The notes beneath the pieces were generated by a model, which ran no database searches, was not told the DNA's origin, and saw only the letters and a list, made by a program, of their open reading frames with translations. This document shows, piece after piece, positions 9,248 to 17,361 of a DNA stretch of 64,000 nt. Position numbers and translations under genes: made by a program. Source of the DNA: Candidatus Solincola daggyaiensis (GTDB lineage Bacteria > Actinomycetota > Geothermincolia > Geothermincolales > RBG-13-55-18); the NCBI GenBank assembly GCA_015711825.1, contig JACVJD010000001.1, positions 333 to 64,332 of the forward strand, written 5' to 3'. Each line of letters opens with the position of its first letter. Within the stretch, counting starts at the first letter, position 1.

Positions 9248-10294
9248 ATGGGCGAGCTCGCCCCGCTGCGCGAAAGCTACTCCGGAAAACGCGTTCTGGT
9301 CACGGGAGGACTGGGGTTCATCGGCAGCGGACTGGTGCGGAGACTGGTGCGCATGGGAGCATCGGTCACCGTCATCGACGCATGCTTTCCCGACCAAGGC
9401 GCCAACCTCTTCAACCTAAAAGGCGTGCTCGACGAAGTTGCTCTGGTGGTCGCCGACATCGGGCGCGTCGACGACATCTCCGCCTACATAGTGGATCAGG
9501 ATTACGTCTTCAATCTGGCCGCCTGTATCAGCCATGTGGGCTCGTTGCGCGACCCCCTTCGCGACCTCGAGCGCAATTGCGTAAGCCAGCTGCGCTTCCT
9601 CGGCGCCCTCACGGAACTCAGCCGGGGGGCGCGAGTGCTGTACACGGGCTCGCGCAGCCAGTACGGAAGTCCCCTCTACACTCCCATGGACGAGGAGCAC
9701 CCCTTGAGGCCCGTGGACTTCAACGGCGTTCACAAAACGGCGGTGGAGGAATACCACCGCATCCTTCACGGGCTGGACAAGCTGCGCTTCACCTCCCTGC
9801 GACTGACCAACATCTACGGACCCAGGCACCAGATGCACCACGACGGGCAGGGCTTCCTCAACTGGTTCATCCGCCAAGCCCTGGCGGGCCAGGAGCTGTG
9901 CGTCTATGGGGACGGCACGCAGAAACGCGACTTCCTTTACGTTGACGATGCGGTGGAGGCCATCCTTCTCGCCGCCTCGGACCCACGTTGCGAGGGAAAG
10001 GTCTTCAACCTCGCCTCGGGCTTTCCCGTCAGCGTGGCGGAGGCGGCGGCGGTCATATGCGAGGTTTCCGGAAACTCCTATCGCTGCGTGCCCTACCCTC
10101 CCGACGCGGTGGCGGTGGAGCCCGGGGACATCCACCTGGACGGCTCGCGGCTGCAGGAACTGCTCGCTTGGAGGCCCCGGGTCGAGCTTAGGGAGGGGAT
10201 CGAGAAGACCCTTTACTTCTACCGTCGCCACGGCTCGCGCTATTTCCATGAGGGAAAGGCGCGCGTGGACTTGAAAGCGGGTGCCATGGGATGA
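9248..10294 (+). CDS. NAD-dependent epimerase/dehydratase, extended SDR family (UDP-sugar decarboxylase/4-epimerase-like)
   Basis: Rossmann motif VLVTGGLGFIGSGLVRRLV, SRSQYG and K(TAVE) motifs. Its ATG overlaps the upstream stop (TGAATG). Confidence 0.8.
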   Translation: MGELAPLRESYSGKRVLVTGGLGFIGSGLVRRLVRMGASVTVIDACFPDQGANLFNLKGVLDEVALVVADIGRVDDISAYIVDQDYVFNLAACISHVGSLRDPLRDLERNCVSQLRFLGALTELSRGARVLYTGSRSQYGSPLYTPMDEEHPLRPVDFNGVHKTAVEEYHRILHGLDKLRFTSLRLTNIYGPRHQMHHDGQGFLNWFIRQALAGQELCVYGDGTQKRDFLYVDDAVEAILLAASDPRCEGKVFNLASGFPVSVAEAAAVICEVSGNSYRCVPYPPDAVAVEPGDIHLDGSRLQELLAWRPRVELREGIEKTLYFYRRHGSRYFHEGKARVDLKAGAMG

Positions 10295-10365
10295 AACGCG
10301 ACGCCGCGCTCGCGAGCGTCCCGGCACCGCAACCGCGGCGCCCAGGCCGGCGAGGATAGGACGGC

Positions 10366-11517
10366 ATGGGCGAGACCACCGTTCCCTTCCTGGACCTCTC
10401 GCGCCGGGACGAGGAAATGCACGCCGAGGTCTCGGAGGCCTTTGCGCGCGTGCTGCGGGGGGGAAGGTTTATTCTGGGCCCCGAGGTCTCCTCCTTCGAG
10501 GAGGAGTTCGCCTCCTACTGCGGGGTGAGGCATGTCATCGGCGTGGCCTCGGGCACGGACGCCATCGTCCTCGCCCTGAAGGCCCTGGGCATATCCCCCG
10601 GAGACGAGGTGATCACCACGGCTCTTTCCGCTCCCCCCACCGCGGTCGCCGTGACCCTGGCGGGCGGCCGCCCGCTCTTCGTCGATATAGACCCTGCAAG
10701 CCGCTGTATAGACCCCAGCGAGGTCGAGAAGTCCATCGGCCCCCGCACGCGCTTCCTTCTCGTCGTGCACCTTTACGGGCGCCTGGCGGATATGGAAGCG
10801 CTTTCCAGGATCGCCCGCGAACACGAGCTGCTGGTGGTGGAGGACTGCGCCCAGGCCCATGGAGCCCGGGCGGGAAACAGGTCGGCGGGCTGCTGGAGCC
10901 GCGCGGGATGCTACAGCTTTTACCCCACCAAGAACCTGGGGGCTTACGGTGACGGCGGCGCGGTGGTAACCGGGGACGCGGAGCTGGCGCAGCGGCTGCG
11001 CTCGCTGCGCGATTACGGGCGCGTCGACCGTGACCTGCTGGCGGAAATCGGCATGAACAGCCGTCTTGACGAGCTGCAAGCGGCCCTTCTTCGCGTCAAG
11101 TTGCGGCGCTTGGAAGCCTGGAACCGCCGGCGCCGCGAGCTGGCGCGCCGCTACCAGGAGGGGCTTGCGGACCTTCCCCTCGACCTCCCTTCCTGGGATG
11201 GGGATGAGGACCATTGCTTTCACCTCTGGGTAACGGGATGCGAGGAGCGTGACGCGCTGCGCTCATACCTGGGAGAGAAAGGCATCGAGACCGCCGTGCA
11301 CTATCCCGTTCCCCTGCACCTTCAGAAGCCCTACCTGGTGGGGGGAAGGCCGGTCTTCTCCTGCCCGGAGGCGGAGCGTTTCTGCGCCCGTGCCCTCTCC
11401 CTCCCCCTGTATCCCTACCTGTCAGACCGCGAGCAGGAAGCGGTCATCTCCGCGGTGAGGGAGTTCTACCGCCGCCATCGAACGTACGCGTGCGGGGGAA
11501 ACGCGGCCAGAACCTGA
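10366..11517 (+). CDS. DegT/DnrJ/EryC1/StrS-family PLP-dependent sugar aminotransferase (ArnB/WecE-like)
   Basis: FEEEFASYCGVRHVIGVASGTDA ... SFYPTKNLGAYGDGGAVVT (PLP lysine) ... MNSRLDELQAALL. Confidence 0.85.
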   Translation: MGETTVPFLDLSRRDEEMHAEVSEAFARVLRGGRFILGPEVSSFEEEFASYCGVRHVIGVASGTDAIVLALKALGISPGDEVITTALSAPPTAVAVTLAGGRPLFVDIDPASRCIDPSEVEKSIGPRTRFLLVVHLYGRLADMEALSRIAREHELLVVEDCAQAHGARAGNRSAGCWSRAGCYSFYPTKNLGAYGDGGAVVTGDAELAQRLRSLRDYGRVDRDLLAEIGMNSRLDELQAALLRVKLRRLEAWNRRRRELARRYQEGLADLPLDLPSWDGDEDHCFHLWVTGCEERDALRSYLGEKGIETAVHYPVPLHLQKPYLVGGRPVFSCPEAERFCARALSLPLYPYLSDREQEAVISAVREFYRRHRTYACGGNAART

Positions 11518-11524
11518 TGCGCCT

Positions 11525-12052
11525 TCAGAGGTAAGTGGTGAGGCGCTTGCAGTCCATCTTGCGCGGCTGCACCTCCTCGCGCGCGGGGTATCCCACCGGC
11601 ACCAGGGCAAGGGGCCTTATGTCCCTCGCCAGGCGCAGCGCCCGCGTCACCTCATCCTCCCGGAAAGCCCCCACCCAGCACGCGCCCAAGCCCAGGGCGG
11701 TGGCGCAAAGAAGCAGGTTCTCGATGGCCGCTGCGGTGTCCTGCACGGCATAGAGCTCCACCCCCCGCCTGCCGTAGGAAGCCGCGTGGGCGGCCAGGTC
11801 GGCGCACACCACTATGACCACGGGGGCCTCCGCCAAGAAGGACTGCCCCAGCGCCGCCTCGGCCAGCCGCACCCTCAAGCCCGCGTCGCGCACCACCACG
11901 AAGCGCCATGGTTGCACATTGCCGGCGGAGGGCGCCTGACAGGCGCATCGCAGGAGCTCCTCCACCAGCTCCATCGCCACCTCCCTGCCGGCGTCGAACG
12001 ATCGCACGCTACGCCTTTTCTCCATGGCCTCGAAGACGTCCATCGCGCACAC
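11525..12052 (-). CDS. nitroreductase family protein
   Basis: KRRSVRSF ... APSAGNVQPWRFVVV ... classic NADH/FMN nitroreductase motifs. Confidence 0.8.
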   Translation of the reverse strand: MCAMDVFEAMEKRRSVRSFDAGREVAMELVEELLRCACQAPSAGNVQPWRFVVVRDAGLRVRLAEAALGQSFLAEAPVVIVVCADLAAHAASYGRRGVELYAVQDTAAAIENLLLCATALGLGACWVGAFREDEVTRALRLARDIRPLALVPVGYPAREEVQPRKMDCKRLTTYL

Positions 12053-12055
12053 CCC

Positions 12056-13003
12056 TCATACCAGGTCGGCGTGGGCCGGTATGCCCGCAACTCCCTCCGC
12101 GTGCAACACCGCGTTGCGAACCGCCCGCGCCATGAGCACCGCTCCCAGTATACCCACGGTGTCCGCAGCCGCCTCCACCTGGCCGGTCGCGGCCGCGAAC
12201 ACCAGGTCGCCGTCCAGCTTGGTATGGCTCGGCGATACGGCCCTGGCGAGGCCGTTATGCCCCCTCTGGGCAACCCAGTTCACGTCCGTTTTTCCCAATC
12301 GCGCGTTGGTCACTATGACCCCCAGGGTGGTGTTGGTGAGAGGAGGGACGCCGCCCCCGCCAAGGGCCGTCTCGATGCACGCTTCCGTGCACGCGAATCC
12401 TCCCTCGGGCAGGCGCGCTCCCGCCAGTATCCTGCCCTCTTCGTCCACCACGTCTCCGAAGGCGTTGACCACCGCCATGGCGAGGATTTTCAGCCCCCCG
12501 CTCTCCATGAAGGACGTTCCCAGCCCGCTCTTGGTGGCGTTGGCGGGACCGAGCATCATGCCCACCGTGGCGCCCATTCCCGCCCCCACGTTTCCCTGGC
12601 GCGTGAGGTCCTCGCTCGCCTCCAGGCAGGCACGGTACCCCATCTCCGCGTCCGGCCTGGCGCCGGCGTCGCCCACCGCCAGGTCGAAGATCACCGCCGC
12701 GGGGACGATGGGCACACGTGCCACCCCGGTGTCGAAACCGATGCCCCGTTCCTCCAGAAAACTCACCACACCCGTCGCCGCCGCCAGCCCGAAGGCGCTG
12801 CCGCCCGAGAGCACGAAGGCATGAACCTCCTCCACTAAGTTGACGGGGTTTAGGAGGTCGGTCTCGCGTGTACCCGGGGCGCCTCCCCTCACGTCCACGC
12901 CGCCTCGAGACCCCGGCGGCAACAGCACCACGCTGCAGCCCGTGAGCCCCTTTTCGTCCTGTGCGTGCCCAACCCTCACGCCATCGATCCTGAAAACAGC
13001 CAT
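12056..13003 (-). CDS. P1/S58 family peptidase (DmpA/L-aminopeptidase D-Ala-esterase/amidase-like)
   Basis: GVRVGHAQDEKGLTGCSVVL...GTRETDLL...VLSGGSAFGL...TTLGVIVTNARL, which is DmpA/ArgJ-like. The start ATG at 13003 has a strong RBS (aaggagg); the 20-codon upstream extension was rejected. Confidence 0.75.
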   Translation of the reverse strand: MAVFRIDGVRVGHAQDEKGLTGCSVVLLPPGSRGGVDVRGGAPGTRETDLLNPVNLVEEVHAFVLSGGSAFGLAAATGVVSFLEERGIGFDTGVARVPIVPAAVIFDLAVGDAGARPDAEMGYRACLEASEDLTRQGNVGAGMGATVGMMLGPANATKSGLGTSFMESGGLKILAMAVVNAFGDVVDEEGRILAGARLPEGGFACTEACIETALGGGGVPPLTNTTLGVIVTNARLGKTDVNWVAQRGHNGLARAVSPSHTKLDGDLVFAAATGQVEAAADTVGILGAVLMARAVRNAVLHAEGVAGIPAHADLV

Positions 13004-13215
13004 GTAAACCTCCTTGCGACCATAAAACCGCCTTGAGCCGGGAAAGCCGGGTTTTATCATCACGCCCTATCCGAGATCTTTAAACCCCCAGTTTCTCCAC
13101 CCCGCGAACCATGCGGCGGGCACCGCAAAAAGCCCTGATGTCCTATCCCCTTCCTTCCCCGCAAGGCGCAATCGCCCCCGGTTCGCGCTTATGGTCTTGA
13201 CGGCTACACGCCCTT

Positions 13216-14637
13216 CTAGTCCGTTTGGCTCAGCAGGTCTCTCACGAACCTCAGGGCATCCTCCCTGCCCTTAAGAGCTCCCTCCATCTGGGCTACGCGC
13301 ACTTCCTTGAGTATTTCGCCTATGAACGGTCCCTCCATGAGGTTGAGTTCCTTTATGAGATCCCTTCCCATGATCAGCGGCGGAGTGTCCTGTTCGCGGC
13401 GGTACTCATCCAGCAAGTGCGCACAGAAGGCCGTGTAGCGTCGCAGCTTTTCGGGTGTGGACAGGGTTCCCCGAGTGGCCTGGCGGTCCGCGGCGGACAG
13501 CAGCACCACGTCCACCAGCTCCTCGCCCAGTCGAGCGATGAGGCGGCGTAATTGTCTCCGTGAGGGTCGATCGGCCATGGCCAGCCCGATATCCATGTGA
13601 CCTCCCACCACGTTGACGATATAGTCTCCCGCCCTGCGCGAGAGCCTTAAGCGCCCCACCAGCTCCACCGCCGCCTCGCGGCTGTGCTTCTGATGGGAAT
13701 AGAAATGGATTCGACCCGAGGCGTCCCGCGATACGGTCTCCGCCTTGCCTGCGTCATGGTATAGCGCCGCGAGGCGAAGGAAAGCCTTGCGCGGATAAAG
13801 GTCCTGCAGCGGTTCCTCCAGGCGCTCCCGCACATCATCGGCGTGCCCGGGAAAGAGCGTTCCCGGATCGGCGATTATGCGGTCCAGCTCCTCCAGGGTG
13901 AGCAGGGTATGCGACCAAACGTCAAGATGGTGGTAGGCGTTCTGCTCCAAGCCCACCAGGGGAACGAGGTGCGGGAACACGTATTGCATGAGTCCGGTGG
14001 CCTCGAGGTCCGCGAAGATGGGTGCGGTGTCGGGTATAAGCAGGGTCTCCAGCAGTTCCACCGCCACCCGCTCCCCCGGCGCCCTGGTGACGAGGGGAGC
14101 GTATTTCTTCATATGATTGAGGGTGCGCTCATCGTATTCCATATCCAGGACATGCCGGAAGCGCATGGCCCTCACCAGGCGCACCGGGTCCATGAGAAAG
14201 GACTCGTTGGAGCATTCCCTCAGTATCCCCCGGGAGAGATCCCTCCAGCCGTAATGTTTATCCACCAGGTCACGCGGCAGACGCAACCCCCCCGCCAAGA
14301 GCCTATCCACGTCCAGGGCCATGGCGTTGACGGTGAAGTCGCGGTAGGAAAGATCCTCTTCGATGCTCATACCTCTGATGGGAGAGAAGTCTATGGTGCG
14401 CCTGCCTTCAGCGCCGTCCTCCACCACCACGCGATGGGCTCTCTCCTCCTCATGCAGGATGAATGCTTTGCCGCCGAAGCGCTCCGCCACCTCACGCGCC
14501 AAGCCTTCGGGGTCCGCAGCGGTGACGAAATCGATGTCGGCGGGCGGTGCGCCAAGCAAAAAGTCCCTTAGATAGCCGCCCACCAGGTACACCTCTCCTC
14601 TATGTAGGGAGGCCAGGAAGGGCATGAGCGATCCCAT
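13216..14637 (-). CDS. cca: CCA tRNA nucleotidyltransferase with HD domain
   Basis: YLVGGYLRDFLLG...DIDF...RDFTVNAMA (pol beta NT head); HD region HLDVWSHTL...YHDAGK. Start placed at M45 of the ORF; it could be 14769. Confidence 0.8.
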   Translation of the reverse strand: MGSLMPFLASLHRGEVYLVGGYLRDFLLGAPPADIDFVTAADPEGLAREVAERFGGKAFILHEEERAHRVVVEDGAEGRRTIDFSPIRGMSIEEDLSYRDFTVNAMALDVDRLLAGGLRLPRDLVDKHYGWRDLSRGILRECSNESFLMDPVRLVRAMRFRHVLDMEYDERTLNHMKKYAPLVTRAPGERVAVELLETLLIPDTAPIFADLEATGLMQYVFPHLVPLVGLEQNAYHHLDVWSHTLLTLEELDRIIADPGTLFPGHADDVRERLEEPLQDLYPRKAFLRLAALYHDAGKAETVSRDASGRIHFYSHQKHSREAAVELVGRLRLSRRAGDYIVNVVGGHMDIGLAMADRPSRRQLRRLIARLGEELVDVVLLSAADRQATRGTLSTPEKLRRYTAFCAHLLDEYRREQDTPPLIMGRDLIKELNLMEGPFIGEILKEVRVAQMEGALKGREDALRFVRDLLSQTD

Positions 14638-15036
14638 AAAGGGGTCCGCCTTTTCCAGGTCGCCCAGATCCAGGGTAGTAGGCAGGGATCGCAAGCTATC
14701 TCCTTCGCCGTCCCGCACGGTAAGATCCCTTTTAGCGCCAACATTATAACCCATGGGCGGCAGGCTCAAGCTGGCAAGCCCTGAGCCCGCATGAAAAGCG
14801 GTGCCGGGGCGCCGCGGGGAAACGGCCTATCCGCCTCCAGGCCACACGCCGCGGTGAGACTTCGACCACGCTCAAGGTGCGCGGAAACCGTCGTTCGGCC
14901 CACCTACTCATAAGATGCTGCGAAAAATGCTCGCTCTCCGCGCGCCGCCTCCTCCTGCGCAAAGCTTTTCTCGCTTCGAACAAGCCGAGGGGGTCCGGCT
15001 CGCAGGCAGGAGCGTTTACGCGCGGGTCACGGACCC

Positions 15037-15059
15037 CTTGCCCCTCTCACGGGGGCAAG
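15037..15059 (-). terminator. GC-rich hairpin 17 nt downstream of the zinc-ribbon gene stop (possible terminator, no U-tract)
   Basis: cttgcccc-tctcacg-ggggcaag, 8-bp stem, 7-nt loop. Confidence 0.25.
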
Positions 15060-15075
15060 AGCGTAAAGGCGGCGC

Positions 15076-15495
15076 TCAGTCCCGCGTCCAGTAAACGCGG
15101 GCGAAATCGGAATGGTGCTGCCACTGGATATCCAGGTGTCCCGAGTAGGCCTTCTCGAATTCCTTTCCCAGCCTTTCCGCCAGGGCGCGGTCGGTGGTCT
15201 CTATGACTATCTCGTCCTTCTTCTCCTCTATATGGTATATGCGCGCGGCGATGTTCTTGCGCAGCTTTTTCTGGGCCACGCTGCGTATGAGGTTCTTAAC
15301 CTCTTCACGGTGTTTGTCCACGAAGTCCCCCCTGAGATAGACCACGCCGTCCACCTGACCCCGCGCCACCCTTTCGCACCCCGGGCATAGATGCTTCTCC
15401 CACCCGTTGCCCTTCATAGCCTTCTCGCGCACGGGCTCGTTGAAATCCCACCTTTGATCGATGCAGACGGCATAGCAGGACGGACATATCTTCAT
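15076..15495 (-). CDS. hypothetical protein with N-terminal C4 zinc-ribbon
   Basis: CPSC...x29...CPGC then a charged K/E/R-rich domain; no family recognised from memory. Confidence 0.55.
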   Translation of the reverse strand: MKICPSCYAVCIDQRWDFNEPVREKAMKGNGWEKHLCPGCERVARGQVDGVVYLRGDFVDKHREEVKNLIRSVAQKKLRKNIAARIYHIEEKKDEIVIETTDRALAERLGKEFEKAYSGHLDIQWQHHSDFARVYWTRD

Positions 15496-15722
15496 GTCTC
15501 CGTACCTCCTTGGGGCTCCGCGCCAACATGGACTCTAGAGAGCAAGGTCAGCACCGCCTCATAGACCACCCCCGCACATTCCTCGCGGTTGGAAACGCTC
15601 AAAATGTGTGCCTTTCTTGGCGCCTCCCATATAGTTAATCCTACCCCACCCACACTCACATAAACCGCGACGCACTCGTTTGAGCCCTCCGACCCGCTCG
15701 GTGGGACCACGGCCTTCTTTCC

Positions 15723-16877
15723 TCATCCCCGCACGCTCCCCGGGCCTTGGTCGCGGTTCAGGTAATGCCTCGGAACCCGCTTCCCGATATCGCAGACCAC
15801 CTCGTAATTTATGGTGCCCAAATCCGCGGCCATGCGCTCTACGCCTACCGCTTCCTCTCCCCGGCCGCCTATGACCGTCACCTCCTGACCGGGCTCGTAA
15901 CGGTCGTCCCCGAGGTCCACCATGCAGAGGTCCATGCATATGGTCCCCACTTGCGGGTACCTCTTCCCCTCTATCAACACCTCCCACCGCCCCGAAAGGG
16001 CGCGGCACAAGCCGTCGGCGTAACCCACGGGCAGGACGGCGATCCAGGCGTCCCTGGCGCAACGGTACCTTAACCCGTAGCTTATCCCCTCCCCTGCGCT
16101 CGCCCGCGCCACGTGGCATATGCGAGTGCGCAGCGAGAGCGCCGGCCTCAGGTCGAGACTCTCCCGGTAGGCCTCGCCCGGGAGGAGCCCGTACATGGCG
16201 ATACCCAGCCTGATCATGTCCAGCCTGAGTTGGGGCAAGGCGATCGCCGCCCCGGAGGCCGCGGCGTGGCGTATGGGAACGCGCAGTCCCCTCTCCTCCA
16301 TGCCCCGCAACACCTGTGCGAATATCTCCCCCTGGCGGATGTTGAAGGGATGCCCAGGCTCGGAGGCCATTGCCAGGTGGGTGTAAACCCCCTCAAGAAA
16401 AAGGCCGGGGGTGGAGGATATCTCCTCCGCCACCGAGGGGGCGTCCTCAGGAGCGACGCCCACCCGGTGCATGCCGGTATCCACCTTGAGGTGCACCGGA
16501 ATCGCCGTTCTCCCCCCTGCGGCACGCGACAGCTCTCGCATAAAACCTCGCGTGTACACGGTGGGGGTCAAGGAGAGCTCCACCACCCTCCGCGCCGCTT
16601 GCGGCGGCGGCTCGAAAAGGAGGTGTATAGGCTCCCGGAAGCCCGCCTCCCGCAGTTCTTCCCCTTCCTCCACCAGCGCCACCCCCAGCCTGGTGGCGCC
16701 CGCCTGAAGGGCGGCGCGCGCCGTCTCCACCGCCCCGTGCCCGTAACCGTCGGCCTTGACCACCGCCATTACCTCGCATCCGGGACCCGCCAACCCCACG
16801 AAAAGCCTCACGTTGTGGCGGATGCAGTCCAGGTCGATGACCGCAAGCGTTGGCCTCCAGCCGCCACCTTTCGCCAA
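15723..16877 (-). CDS. alr: alanine racemase
   Basis: AVVKADGYGHG (PLP lysine), ...YTHLAMASE..., C-terminal PQVGTICMDLCMVDL. Confidence 0.9.
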   Translation of the reverse strand: MAKGGGWRPTLAVIDLDCIRHNVRLFVGLAGPGCEVMAVVKADGYGHGAVETARAALQAGATRLGVALVEEGEELREAGFREPIHLLFEPPPQAARRVVELSLTPTVYTRGFMRELSRAAGGRTAIPVHLKVDTGMHRVGVAPEDAPSVAEEISSTPGLFLEGVYTHLAMASEPGHPFNIRQGEIFAQVLRGMEERGLRVPIRHAAASGAAIALPQLRLDMIRLGIAMYGLLPGEAYRESLDLRPALSLRTRICHVARASAGEGISYGLRYRCARDAWIAVLPVGYADGLCRALSGRWEVLIEGKRYPQVGTICMDLCMVDLGDDRYEPGQEVTVIGGRGEEAVGVERMAADLGTINYEVVCDIGKRVPRHYLNRDQGPGSVRG

Positions 16878-16905
16878 CTTCCCACCTCCCTCCGCTTCGC
16901 TTTCC

Positions 16906-17361
16906 TCAGCCCCCGGCCAGGGTCCTCAGGATATCCGAGCGCGTGACCACGCCCTGCAGGCGTTCGTCCTCCAGCACCAGCACGTATTCGAGGTCCTTCT
17001 CCACCATCAGGGTAGCCGTCTTCTCCACGCTGTCCAAGGGGCTCACGGCCTGGAAGTCCTTCTCCATGACCTCACCCGCGGTAGCGCCCACCGCCTGGCG
17101 CAGTTCCTTTTCGAAGCGCTTAAGGGAGGTGGGAAGCATGATATAGCTTTCCAGAAAATGGATGAAAGTGGGGAAGTGCACCCTGGCGTCCTGGTGCACG
17201 AGATCCTCCTCGTCCACCACCCCCAGCACCCTCCCCTCCTCGTCCACCACCGGCAGGCAGCGGATGCGGTTTTCCACCATCATCTGGGCCATTTCCTTCA
17301 CCGTGGCCTCGAGGCCCACCGTGATGACCTCACCGCTCATGATATCGCGAACCGCTTTCAC
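16906..17361 (-). CDS. CBS-pair domain protein
   Basis: two CBS motifs (IMSGEVITVGLEATV...CLPVVDEEGRVLGVV / VMEKDFQAVSPLDSV...VLVLEDERLQGVVTRSDIL). Confidence 0.8.
   Translation of the reverse strand: MKAVRDIMSGEVITVGLEATVKEMAQMMVENRIRCLPVVDEEGRVLGVVDEEDLVHQDARVHFPTFIHFLESYIMLPTSLKRFEKELRQAVGATAGEVMEKDFQAVSPLDSVEKTATLMVEKDLEYVLVLEDERLQGVVTRSDILRTLAGG

Noticed and set aside
11786-12838. 350-aa plus-strand ORF and neighbours (11875-12273 -, 12024-12824 +)
   Set aside because: Antisense to the nitroreductase and DmpA-like genes, which have clear family motifs and a strong RBS.
15037-15059. Classical rho-independent terminator call
   Set aside because: The stem-loop is real but there is no downstream U-run on the minus strand; kept only as a low-confidence hairpin.
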